A stretch of DNA of 64,000 bases from Planctomycetota bacterium. GTDB taxonomy: Bacteria; Planctomycetota; Brocadiia; JAADGH01. The notes under the pieces are model-generated. The model ran no database searches and had not been told where the DNA came from. It saw nothing but the letters and a program-made list of their open reading frames with translations. Positions 7,285 to 17,714 of the stretch are shown piece by piece (position 1 is the first letter of the stretch; each line of letters starts with the position of its first letter). The position numbers were made by a program, and so were the translations under genes. The DNA is taken from NCBI GenBank assembly GCA_040755855.1, contig JBFMAD010000003.1, forward strand, positions 32,001-96,000, in the 5' to 3' direction.

Positions 7285-10062
7285 TTAGCGCCCATCTCTC
7301 CGCAAATCAGTATTTTTGTCCAACTTCTCTTTCACACGCCGGATGTCCTTCTCACAATTGCTCTTTGAATCGAGGTCTGCCGCCTTCTGAAATTCCTCCA
7401 ACGCCGCGGCGAGATTCCCCGTTCTTTCCAGAATGTGCGCAAGGTAGAGATGGGATGTCGCGTCCGATGGGCGCCGTGCAACCCATTCATGGTAAAGACG
7501 GACCACATCGGGGAGTTTTCCCTGCTGCGTGTAGCATGCGCCGAGGTATGGAGAATAGTGAGGGTCAAGTTGAATTGCGGCGGCGTAGTACTTCTCGGCT
7601 TCTCGATGTCGTCCGAGCTTGGAACATATCGCGCCGACATGAGCAAGGTACTGGGCGTTGTTAGGGTGTTGCGCGACGAGGTCCAGAATTACTGCAAGCG
7701 CCTCCGCAAGCTTTTCCTGCGAAGTCAACGCGTTGACAAGGTCCAATTTCAGGCGGGCATTCTCGGGCATGCGTTGCACAGAGTCGCGCAGGCATGTCTC
7801 GGCCCTATCCCATGCGCCGAGGTCCATTAAATGGCGAGCGATCTGGGGATAGAGAGAGGCTTTGTCGCAGTCCTTGAGTGACATGACGTAGTCAATCTGC
7901 GTCAGGGCGGCCTTGTTCTCTTTTCGCTCCATGAGAAGGGGTACAATCGAAAGCTGAGCCTCCGCCCTCGGCGGGATCGCCTTTTGCAGCATCTTCAGGG
8001 ATTTTGTTTTGTCCCAGACTGCCTTGAACACCTGGGGCAGGTAGAAGGAGCGCAAGCGGAGCGAATCGCGGTAGATCTCAAGGGCCTTCTCGAGATCTCC
8101 CTCGCGCTGGTGGTATTTCCCAAGCGAAAAGGCGAAGAGGTCCTCGGTGGGCGAAAGCCAGTGGGCCTTCCTGAGTTCCGCCTCTGCGCGATCCTTCTTC
8201 TGGCCGAGGGCCTCTTTACCCCTGTGCGCGTAAATGGAACCGAGATAGAAGTGGTAATGGGCGTCGAGCGGCTCGGCGCGTATGGCGGCCAGGTAATGGG
8301 CGCAAGCTTCGGTATAGGAGTACTCGTTTGACTTTGCCGCAACGTCTTCAATCCGCCTCCCGATATTCCCATGCGCCTCGGCAAGCCTCGGCTCGATCGT
8401 CACCGCCTTGCGGAGCAGGACGATCCGGTCTTCGGGCGGCATTTGGGATTCCGGTATAATCCAGTCGCGAAAGACGATCCGGCGCGCCCGATATTCACGC
8501 CAGATGAAGTGAGTCAGGAAAAGGCCCGCGACAAGGATTGCAATCACGCCGGGGACCTGCATCCATCGAATAAAACGGCCTTCCGAAATCGCCTCCTGGC
8601 GAGAATTTCCAATGCCCATCTTCGACTCGGGGGATACCTGTGAGATTGCAAGCAGCGAAAGGAATAGGAACACATTCGCCGGCATCTCGAAATTCACGGT
8701 GAGTGCGCCGGAGATCAGAGGAAAGGCCGCCGCGATCAAACAGGCGACGTTCAGATACCGAGTCGGCGATGAGCTTTCGCGAACCATCTTCATGCTGCGG
8801 GCGGCAAGGATGGCAAGCACGACGCCGATCAGGGCAAGGCCGACAATGCCCATCTCGGCGGCCGCATTGAAATAGTCACTGTGAGGATGAATGAGGAAGA
8901 GCCATGTAGTGGGTTCGGTTTTGTAGATTCTGAACAGCGTCGGGAACGATCCCAGTCCCCCGCCGAACAGGGGGAAGTCGCGGATGATCTTTGCCGTATC
9001 ACGCCACCACCAGAGCCGTTCGATGGGTTTCGACGAAAGTTCTGCAAACCGCTGGCCGTACTGCTCCCCGCGCAGCCATAAGCCAAGAAGCAACAGCAAC
9101 ACGCCAAGGCCGACAATGAAGCAAACCGATCGCCTGGACCGCATGAAGACCCCGACGAGCACAGCCGATACCGCCAGCGTCCCCGCCATGGCCACTACGG
9201 CGCCGCGCGATCCCAGGCAAAAGATCACGCATGTTGTCAAGAGGGCGAATCCCAACAGGAACATCTGGGACGGGCGAAGATGAGTGAGGAACTGCCCCAG
9301 CGTGGCCGTGTAGGTCCGGGCGCGACGGCGATCCTCGGCTATGACAGCCATCGAAAACGCAAGCCCCAGAGCAAGGGGGATGAACATTCCTATGTGCGCC
9401 GAGAATGTGTTTCGGTTGACGAATACACTGTGCACCGACCCGGCGTATCGCGCGCTTGAGACGCCATAAATCCTCCCTGCAATACCCGGAAACAAGGTGG
9501 AGGAGGCGACGGCAACCAGTAGCGACCCAAACACCACAAGCACCCAGGCAAATTTCCGCGCGCGCCTCTGTGTGGGAATCGCCGCCGACAACACGACAAA
9601 AAACAGGACGTAGCTCAGAAGTCGTGTCCATTCCCAGAGTGACTTCAACGGCGTTACGCTGATCGTTGCCCAGCGCGTCGCTTCGCTGTCGGATATGTCG
9701 TGAAGCGCCCCGCGTGTCAACTCCAAGGTCTTGGGGGACAATAGGTTAAGCGCCGATTCGGGGAGGGGGAGGAACGACAGCGCCGAAACGGCCAACAGGA
9801 GAATTGCCAGGAACGGAAGGAGACACCGCCGGAAACCATGCCTCTCGACGGTCGGAATGGAAGGTGCAAGACAACGTCGGACCGACAAGAGGGCAAAGAG
9901 GACGAGGATGGTTGTGGTGGTGATAGCTATGGTAACATCGTGAACTCCGCCAAAGGCGAGGCTGTTAAATAGAATTAGAAAACCCAGACCGACGAACATC
10001 AGTGCGTCGAGGGTGCGTCCCGCAGTCTGCACCCACCTCGGATTTTCCGAGCGGGATGACAT
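7285..10062 (-). CDS. O-antigen ligase (Wzy_C)-like membrane protein with C-terminal TPR repeats
   Basis: Many TM segments, FVNRNTF, GSRGA, DFPLFGGGLGSF, HPHSDY; TPR-like helices in the C-terminal half; start reset to ATG 10062. Confidence 0.88.
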   Translation of the reverse strand: MSSRSENPRWVQTAGRTLDALMFVGLGFLILFNSLAFGGVHDVTIAITTTTILVLFALLSVRRCLAPSIPTVERHGFRRCLLPFLAILLLAVSALSFLPLPESALNLLSPKTLELTRGALHDISDSEATRWATISVTPLKSLWEWTRLLSYVLFFVVLSAAIPTQRRARKFAWVLVVFGSLLVAVASSTLFPGIAGRIYGVSSARYAGSVHSVFVNRNTFSAHIGMFIPLALGLAFSMAVIAEDRRRARTYTATLGQFLTHLRPSQMFLLGFALLTTCVIFCLGSRGAVVAMAGTLAVSAVLVGVFMRSRRSVCFIVGLGVLLLLLGLWLRGEQYGQRFAELSSKPIERLWWWRDTAKIIRDFPLFGGGLGSFPTLFRIYKTEPTTWLFLIHPHSDYFNAAAEMGIVGLALIGVVLAILAARSMKMVRESSSPTRYLNVACLIAAAFPLISGALTVNFEMPANVFLFLSLLAISQVSPESKMGIGNSRQEAISEGRFIRWMQVPGVIAILVAGLFLTHFIWREYRARRIVFRDWIIPESQMPPEDRIVLLRKAVTIEPRLAEAHGNIGRRIEDVAAKSNEYSYTEACAHYLAAIRAEPLDAHYHFYLGSIYAHRGKEALGQKKDRAEAELRKAHWLSPTEDLFAFSLGKYHQREGDLEKALEIYRDSLRLRSFYLPQVFKAVWDKTKSLKMLQKAIPPRAEAQLSIVPLLMERKENKAALTQIDYVMSLKDCDKASLYPQIARHLMDLGAWDRAETCLRDSVQRMPENARLKLDLVNALTSQEKLAEALAVILDLVAQHPNNAQYLAHVGAICSKLGRHREAEKYYAAAIQLDPHYSPYLGACYTQQGKLPDVVRLYHEWVARRPSDATSHLYLAHILERTGNLAAALEEFQKAADLDSKSNCEKDIRRVKEKLDKNTDLRRDGR

Positions 10063-10067
10063 GAGCG

Positions 10068-10835
10068 CTATTCTTCCTTCGACAGGATGGAATGGGGGTA
10101 ATTCCCATGTGGCTCGGTATGCCCCTTTGGCCCGTGCGTTCGTCGCCGCAACCGTCTGATCCTGCGATAGTAGCACCGACCGTAGTAAATCCATCGGAGA
10201 AGGAGACGGTTTGCGAGTGTGGGTCCGACGGCTCTTGTGCTGCCATGTAGCATGGCTTCCCTGACGCCCTCAATCGTCCGGCTCTTTGCCTGAATCAGTG
10301 TGCAGACGCTTCCTATCTCCCAGGGGAAGTGGGCATCGCTTCCGCCCACGACGCCCATCCGGGGATGACGCCGCGCCAGGGCATGGGCCTCTCGGTTGCA
10401 GCGCGTGGCTGCCTGGCCGTTGCAAGACTCGATGCCGTCCAACAGGGCAAGTTCGCCATCGGAAAACATCGGAATCGGCTCGCCCAGGGAGGACCTTTTA
10501 AATGAGAGATGGTACGGATGGGCCGCGTAGAGCAGGGCGTGCTGCTCCCTCGCCTTTGCCACGGCCTCATTAAAGGAGCAGTTTCCTATAGTCTCCCTGG
10601 TGAAGTAGGCAAGCAGATGCCCCGCTTCCGTTCCAATCTCCTCCCCCGGAACCACGATCAGGCCGTTAGAGGGCGGTTCCTTCCAATACCTCAACACCCC
10701 CTCGGCTGTTTTGTGGTCCGTGATCGCCAGGATGTCAATGCCTAACGCAGTTGCCTTGGCGATGCACTCCTCCGGAGTTGCCCATCCATGCGAGAATGTC
10801 GTATGGCAGTGGAGATCGGCTCTAAGTTCGATCAC
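10068..10835 (-). CDS. PHP-domain metal-dependent phosphoesterase
   Basis: ADLHCHT, AITDH, GEEIGT..GHLL, AAHPY, GGSDAH; start uncertain (GTG 10835). Confidence 0.88.
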   Translation of the reverse strand: MIELRADLHCHTTFSHGWATPEECIAKATALGIDILAITDHKTAEGVLRYWKEPPSNGLIVVPGEEIGTEAGHLLAYFTRETIGNCSFNEAVAKAREQHALLYAAHPYHLSFKRSSLGEPIPMFSDGELALLDGIESCNGQAATRCNREAHALARRHPRMGVVGGSDAHFPWEIGSVCTLIQAKSRTIEGVREAMLHGSTRAVGPTLANRLLLRWIYYGRCYYRRIRRLRRRTHGPKGHTEPHGNYPHSILSKEE

Positions 10836-11078
10836 AATGATGCCTTCTGTTTTGGAAAAATTTCCTCCAAAGCACGCAAGGCAATATAATAACATATTCA
10901 TTTGTTGTTAGGAATGGTGAAATATGAGAGATTCCGGGCTAAGCGACGAACATGAGAACGGGTAGCAGGCTACGCGGTCTATGGGGCAGATGTTGTTAAT
11001 AGTGTGCCACCCTCCAGCAATGGCTCTAAACCCACGATTCGCCTCGACTCCAAAAAATTAAAAAAATCTCATATTTTC

Positions 11079-11107
11079 TTGACATAGAGCGATTTCTTGT
11101 GTATACT
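11079..11107 (+). promoter_or_regulatory. Near-consensus sigma70 promoter with an A-tract upstream
   Basis: TTGACA-N17-TATACT preceded by AAAAAATTAAAAAAA. Confidence 0.75.
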
Positions 11108-11321
11108 GCGCTCTAAGTTGTATGTAAGGGGGTATGGGTGTTGTTGCGACCCCGGCAGATTGGTTGTGCAGCGCATCTGAGAGACGTTACATGGCACATG
11201 GATGTGGCTTGAGTATCCTATTGCGCAATAAGGGAGGCATTGCGCTTTTTTGTTTACCCATGTATCATATGGGGCATTTCTCTACCGGCGGAGGGCATTT
11301 TTGCAATTAGGAGGCGCGGCC

Positions 11322-14300
11322 ATGAGAAAAGGAATTCGTTTGCATCGGACGCTGGTGGTTGAGGAACTTGAGCCGAGGGTTGCTCCCGCAACGGTCTTTG
11401 TGAACTGGTCTGCGAGCGGCTCGAACAACGGTACGTCCTGGGCGAATGCGTACACGGATCTACAGTCTGCGCTTGGTTCGGCCATATCGGGGGATGAGAT
11501 TTGGGTCGCCGACGGGACATATAACCCGGATGGCGCATCCCCCGGGAATCGAGTGCTTTCGTTCAACCTGAAAAGCGGTGTGGCGTTGTATGGCGGCTTC
11601 GGCGGCACGGAGACGCTGCGGAGCCAGCGCAACTGGGTGACGAACGTGACGATCTTGAGCGGGGACCTGAGCGGCAACGACTCGGGCTTCACGAATAACG
11701 GGGAGAACAGTTACCATGTGGTGACGGCCAAGACCGTTACCGCCACGCTCGATGGATTCACCATATCGGGCGGAAATGCCAATGGCGGGTTCGCTGCCAG
11801 CTATGGTGGCGGGATGTACAATTCCTACTCGGCTGTGATGACGGTGGCAAATTGCGCTTTCAGCTGGAACAGCGCGGCCGTGGCCGGTGGCGGGATTTAC
11901 AATCACATCATTTCGGCCTCATCGCTCATTACGAATAGCGTGTTCACCCAGAACCGAAGCGACCGCGACGGCGCCGGACTGACGAACAAGAGCAGCGCCA
12001 TATCGGTTACGAATTGCGCCTTCGACCAGAACACGAGCGTCAACGGCGCAGGCCTGTATAACACGTCATCCTCCGCGACGGTCACAAACTGTGTCTTCAC
12101 ACGGAACACGTGCACCACGAGCGGCGCCGCTGTGTTCAACTCGCTTTCCTCGCCGACCTTTATGAACTGCTCATTCTCTGAAAATGCCGCCGGCGTCTTT
12201 GGAGGTGCGATGTACAATTCGGTCACGTCCAGTCCGACGCTGACAAACTGCGTCATGTGGGGCGATACGGCCGGCACATCGGGAGGCGAAATCCGGAACT
12301 ACACCGGCAGCATACCGGTGATCAGCTATTGCGACATCCAGGGCTGCGGCGGGAGCGGCGCCGGTTGGGATGCATCCCTGGGTACCGATGGCGGGGGCAA
12401 CATTGACGCGAATCCATCGTACATCAGTCCCCTGGATCCGGATGGGGTGGATAACCGCTTCGGGACGAACGACGACGGCCTGCGGCTGAGCAAGATGAGC
12501 CCTCTGCTCGATGCAGGCACGGCTGCCGGCGCGCCGAGTACCGACATTACGGGAACAGCGCGCCCCCAGGACTCCGGATATGACATGGGGGCCTACGAAT
12601 GCCTCATTATTCTGGCGCCCCCGATCTTTGTGGACTGGAGCGCCACCGGAGCGAACAACGGCACGTCATGGGCCGACGCCTACACGGACCTGCAAAGCGC
12701 CCTTGTCGGGGCGGTTGCAGGGGATATCATCTGGGTGGCCGACGGGACGTACACGCCAGACAGCGCATCGCCAGGAAATCGAGCGCTTTCCTTCAAAATA
12801 ACCGACGACGTGGCGGTATATGGCGGCTTTGCCGGCACGGAGACGTCGCTGGGCCAGCGCGACTGGACGACATACGTAACGATCCTGAGCGGAGACCTGA
12901 GCGGCAACGATGTGGGCTTCACGAACAATACCGAGAACAGCTACCATGTGGTAACGGCAAACGGCACCCAAATCGTTCTCGATGGTTTTACCATCTCCGG
13001 CGGAAATGCAAATGGCGGGTTCTTTTTGGACCTCGGGGGGGGAATGTACAACTACTATGGCGCTGAGGTAACGATATCAAACTGCACATTCAGCTGGAAC
13101 AGCGCCAAGGTGGCCGGAGGCGGAATGCATAATAACGCCATACAAGCATCATCGTCCATCATGAACTGCCTGTTTACGCACAACCGGAGCGATCGAGACG
13201 GCGCCGGGCTGACGAACAAGAGCAGTTCTATATCGGTCACGGATTGCGTGTTTAGCGAGAACACCGGCGTGAACGGCTCGGGCCTTTACAACTCGAGCTC
13301 CAACGTCGTAGCCACAAACTGCCTGTTCAGCAATAACACGAGCAGCGGAAGCGGCGGGGCGACATTCAACTCGTTGTCCGCCCCGACGTATATGAACTGT
13401 ACGTTCTACGGGAATTCGGCCGGGGCCTACGGCGGAGCGATGTACAACTCCTCATCTTCCAGCCCAACGATTACTAACTGCATCCTGTGGGACGATACGG
13501 CGGTAATCGGCGGAAACGAAATCCGGAACGCCACCGGGAGCACGGCGTACATCAGTTATTCCGACATCGAGGGCTGCGGGGGAAGCGGTCCGGGTTGGAA
13601 TACATCTCTGGGAACCGACGGGGGCGGTAACATTGATGTGAATCCCATGTTCATCAACGCGGCCGATCCGGAGGGCCCGGATAACCGATTTGCGACAAGC
13701 GACGACGGTCTGCGCCTGAACACGGCAAGTGCGCCGATAGATAACGGCACCGCCGCCGGCGCGCCGTCAAGCGACATCACCGGCGGTCCCCGTCCTCTGA
13801 ACGGCGGATATGATATGGGGGCCTATGAATGCCTGGGCGCAAGGATATACGTTGACATCACGGCCACAGGGTCCAACAACGGCGCGTCATGGGCCAACGC
13901 CTACACCGACTTGCAGACGGCCCTCACCAACTCCATCGCCGGGGATGAGATTTGGGTGGCCGACGGGACATACACGCCGGACGGCGCGTCGCCGGGGAGT
14001 CGGACGCTCTCGTTCCAGTTGCCCGGCGGGGTGGCAGTGTACGGCGGGTTTGCCGGCACGGAAACGTTGCGGAGCCAGCGCAACTGGGTGACGAACGTGA
14101 CGATCCTGAGCGGGGACCTGAACGGCGATGACGTGGGATTCACGAACAACACCGAGAACAGCTATCACGTGGTGAAAGCCAGCGGTGTCACGGTGACTCT
14201 CGACGGGTTCACCATCTCCGGCGGGAACGCGAATGGAGGATTTGCCGCCGACCTGGGCGGCGGCATGTATAGTAACAATTCGGCCGTGATAATGGTGGCG

Positions 14301-15104
14301 AACAACACGTTTACCTGGAACAGCGCCAAGGTGGCCGGGGGCGGGATGCACAACCAGGGCATTTCCGCGTCCTCGTCGGTGGTGGACAGTATTTTCATCC
14401 AGAACAGGACGGACGGGTCCGGCGGAGGGATGTCGAACAAGACCAGCTCTATCACGGTCATCAATGCGGCGTTCAGCCAGAACACGGCAGCCAACGGAGC
14501 GGCCGTGTATAACTCGACATCGAATCCCACGTTCACGAATTGCGTGTTTACCCAGAACACGAGCACCTGGAACGGCGGGGCCATATATAACTCGCTCTCT
14601 TCGCCGACGCTTACCAATTGCACATTCTCCGGGAATACGGCCGGCTTCTACGGGGGAGCGATGTACAACGCCTCCACGTCCAATCCCACGATCGTGAACA
14701 GCATCCTGTGGGGCAACATAGCGAGCCTGTTGGGGAACGAGATTCGGAACACGGGCGGAAGCATGCCGACCATCAGCTACTCCGACATCCAGGGCTGCGG
14801 TGGGAGCGGCGTCGGTTGGGACACGTCGCTCGGCATTGACGGCGGCGGAAACATTGATTCCGATCCGTTGTTCGTCAACGCCTCCGATCCTGACGGGGCC
14901 GACGGCCTGCTTGGCACCGCCGACGACGGGCTCGTCCTCCAGGGCGGATCGCCGAGCGTCAATTCGGGTAACAATTCCGCCTTGCCCTCGGACATCCTTG
15001 ACCTGGATGGCGACCTCAACACCATCGAGCCGATCCCATTCGATATTGTCGGCGTGGCGCGCATTAACGGCGGCACGGTTGACATGGGGGCGTATGAGAG
15101 TTGA
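11322..15104 (+). CDS. LEPR-XLL/planctomycete-extracellular-motif surface protein with three ~410-aa beta-helix/choice-of-anchor-Q-like repeats
   Basis: AGGAGG RBS; N-terminus VEELEPRVAPA; each unit runs GTSWANAYTDLQSAL...GG(A/G)MYN repeats...DMGAYE. Confidence 0.85.
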   Translation: MRKGIRLHRTLVVEELEPRVAPATVFVNWSASGSNNGTSWANAYTDLQSALGSAISGDEIWVADGTYNPDGASPGNRVLSFNLKSGVALYGGFGGTETLRSQRNWVTNVTILSGDLSGNDSGFTNNGENSYHVVTAKTVTATLDGFTISGGNANGGFAASYGGGMYNSYSAVMTVANCAFSWNSAAVAGGGIYNHIISASSLITNSVFTQNRSDRDGAGLTNKSSAISVTNCAFDQNTSVNGAGLYNTSSSATVTNCVFTRNTCTTSGAAVFNSLSSPTFMNCSFSENAAGVFGGAMYNSVTSSPTLTNCVMWGDTAGTSGGEIRNYTGSIPVISYCDIQGCGGSGAGWDASLGTDGGGNIDANPSYISPLDPDGVDNRFGTNDDGLRLSKMSPLLDAGTAAGAPSTDITGTARPQDSGYDMGAYECLIILAPPIFVDWSATGANNGTSWADAYTDLQSALVGAVAGDIIWVADGTYTPDSASPGNRALSFKITDDVAVYGGFAGTETSLGQRDWTTYVTILSGDLSGNDVGFTNNTENSYHVVTANGTQIVLDGFTISGGNANGGFFLDLGGGMYNYYGAEVTISNCTFSWNSAKVAGGGMHNNAIQASSSIMNCLFTHNRSDRDGAGLTNKSSSISVTDCVFSENTGVNGSGLYNSSSNVVATNCLFSNNTSSGSGGATFNSLSAPTYMNCTFYGNSAGAYGGAMYNSSSSSPTITNCILWDDTAVIGGNEIRNATGSTAYISYSDIEGCGGSGPGWNTSLGTDGGGNIDVNPMFINAADPEGPDNRFATSDDGLRLNTASAPIDNGTAAGAPSSDITGGPRPLNGGYDMGAYECLGARIYVDITATGSNNGASWANAYTDLQTALTNSIAGDEIWVADGTYTPDGASPGSRTLSFQLPGGVAVYGGFAGTETLRSQRNWVTNVTILSGDLNGDDVGFTNNTENSYHVVKASGVTVTLDGFTISGGNANGGFAADLGGGMYSNNSAVIMVANNTFTWNSAKVAGGGMHNQGISASSSVVDSIFIQNRTDGSGGGMSNKTSSITVINAAFSQNTAANGAAVYNSTSNPTFTNCVFTQNTSTWNGGAIYNSLSSPTLTNCTFSGNTAGFYGGAMYNASTSNPTIVNSILWGNIASLLGNEIRNTGGSMPTISYSDIQGCGGSGVGWDTSLGIDGGGNIDSDPLFVNASDPDGADGLLGTADDGLVLQGGSPSVNSGNNSALPSDILDLDGDLNTIEPIPFDIVGVARINGGTVDMGAYES
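11390..15101 (+). repeat. Three tandem ~1.2-kb intragenic repeat units (~11390-12602, ~12620-13832, ~13845-15101)
   Basis: Colinear protein and nucleotide similarity between the units. Confidence 0.9.
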
Positions 15105-15357
15105 GCCGCCTTCCGCACCACTGCTGCCTGCAATTGTAGGTCCGGCAGGCAGCGGAGGTGCATTGGGTGTTGCCGTTTACCTGTAGAGGGGGGATTCTGT
15201 CGCCTTCGCTATGGGTTCCAGCCTGTTGCGCTTCCCCCGTGTGAGGACTTTGTCGTTCGCGTTTGAGTTGGTTTCTCGTGCGTATTGATTCCACAGGCAC
15301 TCTCTCCCTTCCAGAGGATCGAAAGGCATATCCACGTGTGACAGTTGAGCAAGGGCA

Positions 15358-16689
15358 ATGACTTTGGTGCAAGAAACAGTACAAGCCCATCGAGGCGTCT
15401 CGCAAAGTCTCGATGCGCTCGGTGTGTATCCAACTGCCCGGCGCCCACCAGCGGCACTTCAAGAAACTTTCTTCATGGGTGCTTTGTGGTTGTTTTACGT
15501 GTTTGTTTTGACATTCCGCCCGCAGGAACTGTGGTTGCCCCTGGGCGTCATGCGCCCGGCCATGATGAGCAAGATGGCCCTGTTGGGAGGGCTCGTTATT
15601 TCGGGCTTGCGATGGCGATACCGAATGCCGCAATTATATGCTCGTGTCGCTATGGCGGCGGCGGCGGCGCTGTCCGTGCCGTTTTCCTATTATCCGGTTC
15701 TCTCTCTGAGGCTGTTCTTTCAAGAGTTCCTGATGGCCGTCTTCTTTCTGGTGGGCATAAACAGTGTTCGTTCGCTGAAACTGGTTCGTCACTCCCTATG
15801 GATATGCCTGGCATCCTATACCGTATCCTGTGGTTGGGCCCTGGCCGCACAGGGAGATCGGGCGCGAATAGGAGGAATTGTCTCCGATATCGCCGGGTCC
15901 AGCGATCTCGGTATTGTGCTGACGATGACCGTCGGAATCGCCATGGGGTTGCTATCCCGTTGCCGAAAACACTCGGCCAAGTTGATTCTTTGCGGGGCGA
16001 TCGTCGTTTGCAGTTTTGGCGTGGTTCGGACGGGATCACGCGGCACTTTTCTGGGATTCATTGCGATGGTTGTCCTCTGGACCTTCCTCTCCAGACGGCT
16101 TTTCGCGCGGAGAGCGCTTGGCCTTATGGCCGCCACCGCCGTTGCCCTGGTGCTGCTCCTGCCGACGGGGCGGCTATCGAGGCAGGCGACCATCCTCGAC
16201 CGGGAGGGCCAGGAGGCGGGGCAATACAGACTCGACCTCATGACGGGCGCCGTTAAGATGTTCTGTGACTATCCGCTTACGGGGGTCGGGGTGGGTTGTT
16301 TTCCGAGGGCATTCTTTGATTATCGTCCGAAGAGCTATGAGAAAGCATCTCCCTGGGGAGCCGCGTGGATGCATTGCCACAACCTGTATTTTACCGTACT
16401 GGCGGAGATGGGCTTGCCCGGCATTGTGAGCATACTGGCATTGCACTTCTACACGCTTTGGGCCCTCTTTCGCATTGTGCGTTCGGGAGACAGGGCGGGA
16501 GTCCTCGGCGAACGAGAATGTTTGGCGCAGGCCCTGCTGCTCGCCCTTTTTGGCTCCTGCGCCGGTTCGCTGTTCGTGCCCGGACGCTCTGTGCCGTTTG
16601 ACATGCTATTGATCCTCTCCGTGACAGTGTGCTACAGTCGGCCTACGGAAGCGAGAAAAGCTCCTCGTCGGATGAGAAAACGTGATTAG
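15358..16689 (+). CDS. O-antigen ligase (Wzy_C) family protein
   Basis: TM-rich, TGSRGTFLG, DYPLTGVGVGCF, HCHNLYFTVLAEMGLPG. Confidence 0.88.
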   Translation: MTLVQETVQAHRGVSQSLDALGVYPTARRPPAALQETFFMGALWLFYVFVLTFRPQELWLPLGVMRPAMMSKMALLGGLVISGLRWRYRMPQLYARVAMAAAAALSVPFSYYPVLSLRLFFQEFLMAVFFLVGINSVRSLKLVRHSLWICLASYTVSCGWALAAQGDRARIGGIVSDIAGSSDLGIVLTMTVGIAMGLLSRCRKHSAKLILCGAIVVCSFGVVRTGSRGTFLGFIAMVVLWTFLSRRLFARRALGLMAATAVALVLLLPTGRLSRQATILDREGQEAGQYRLDLMTGAVKMFCDYPLTGVGVGCFPRAFFDYRPKSYEKASPWGAAWMHCHNLYFTVLAEMGLPGIVSILALHFYTLWALFRIVRSGDRAGVLGERECLAQALLLALFGSCAGSLFVPGRSVPFDMLLILSVTVCYSRPTEARKAPRRMRKRD

Positions 16690-16727
16690 CATGAAAAAGT
16701 TCCCGCCACTACAAAACTCTCCTTAAC

Positions 16728-17696
16728 TTACGCGCGGCGCGACTTGAAGTAGTCAATCACGGATTGTAGCGTTGCCTCGAAGGAGAACTCCGGCTCGTAG
16801 CCGACCGTCCTGCGTATCTTGCTTATGTCGGGGACCCTTCGGTGCATGTCCTCGAAACCCTCTTCGTAGGCCTCGTTGTATGGGATGAGATTGATCTCGG
16901 ATTTGCTCCCCGTCATCTCGATGACCTTCTTCGCCAGGTCGAGGATGGTGATTTCTTCGTCGCTGCCGAGGTTGAAGACCCCGCCTTCCGCTTCGGCGCA
17001 GTCGGCCAACATCGCGACGCCGCGCACAGCGTCACGTACGTGGCAGAAGCATCGGGATTGCCTGCCGTCGCCGTAAACGGTGATCGTCTTGTCGGCCAGC
17101 GCCTGTTGAACGAAGCGTGGGACGACCATCCCATAGCGCCCCGTCTGCCTGGGACCAACGACGTTGAAGAATCTGACGATGACAATCGGCAGGCCCTTTT
17201 CCTTGTGATAAGCGAGGGCGAGAAACTCGTCCACGGCCTTGGAGCAGGAGTAACTCCAGCGACTCCGCGTGGTGGGTCCGAGAAGCCGATCGTCTTCCTC
17301 CCGGAATGGCGTCTTCTCGCTCTTGCCGTAGATTTCGGATGTGGATGCGAGGACAACCTGTTTTCGATAGCGATTGGCCGCCCGCACCACGGTCTCAGAA
17401 CCGAGGATGTTTGTTTCGAGCACATGCACCGGTCGGCGCACAACCAACTCGACGCCGACGGCCGCGGCGAGGTGATAAACGGTATCGCATTCGCTGACGA
17501 GACGGTCCATGACCACTTCGTTTGTAATCGTCTCTATCGCGAAGTGAAAGTTTGGATTGCTTGTGAGGTGAGCAATGTTGTCCATGGATCCGGTTGACAG
17601 ATTATCAATGATCGTCACCGCCTGATTCTTCGACAGGAGAAGTTCGGCGAGATGGCTCCCGATGAATCCCGCGCCGCCGGTTATGAGTGCATGCAT
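16728..17696 (-). CDS. NAD-dependent nucleotide-sugar epimerase/dehydratase
   Basis: ITGGAGFIGSHL, ASTSEIYG, YSCSK, RFFNVVGPRQ. Confidence 0.95.
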   Translation of the reverse strand: MHALITGGAGFIGSHLAELLLSKNQAVTIIDNLSTGSMDNIAHLTSNPNFHFAIETITNEVVMDRLVSECDTVYHLAAAVGVELVVRRPVHVLETNILGSETVVRAANRYRKQVVLASTSEIYGKSEKTPFREEDDRLLGPTTRSRWSYSCSKAVDEFLALAYHKEKGLPIVIVRFFNVVGPRQTGRYGMVVPRFVQQALADKTITVYGDGRQSRCFCHVRDAVRGVAMLADCAEAEGGVFNLGSDEEITILDLAKKVIEMTGSKSEINLIPYNEAYEEGFEDMHRRVPDISKIRRTVGYEPEFSFEATLQSVIDYFKSRRA

Positions 17697-17714
17697 GAAG
17701 TATTCCTCCTGCGC

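Noticed and set aside
5750..7288. Long antisense ORFs (also 42207-43697, 48652-50136, 50535-52322, 57782-59278, 62083-63933)
   Set aside because: Typical high-GC shadow frames opposite well-supported genes.
11108..11321. Riboswitch in the ~200-nt leader of the surface protein
   Set aside because: No recognisable aptamer consensus or terminator by eye; an Rfam scan is needed to exclude it fully.
11390..15101. Repeats as a DGR template/variable region or a CRISPR array
   Set aside because: The units are ~1.2-kb coding domains, differences are not adenine-specific, and no reverse transcriptase or cas gene is present.
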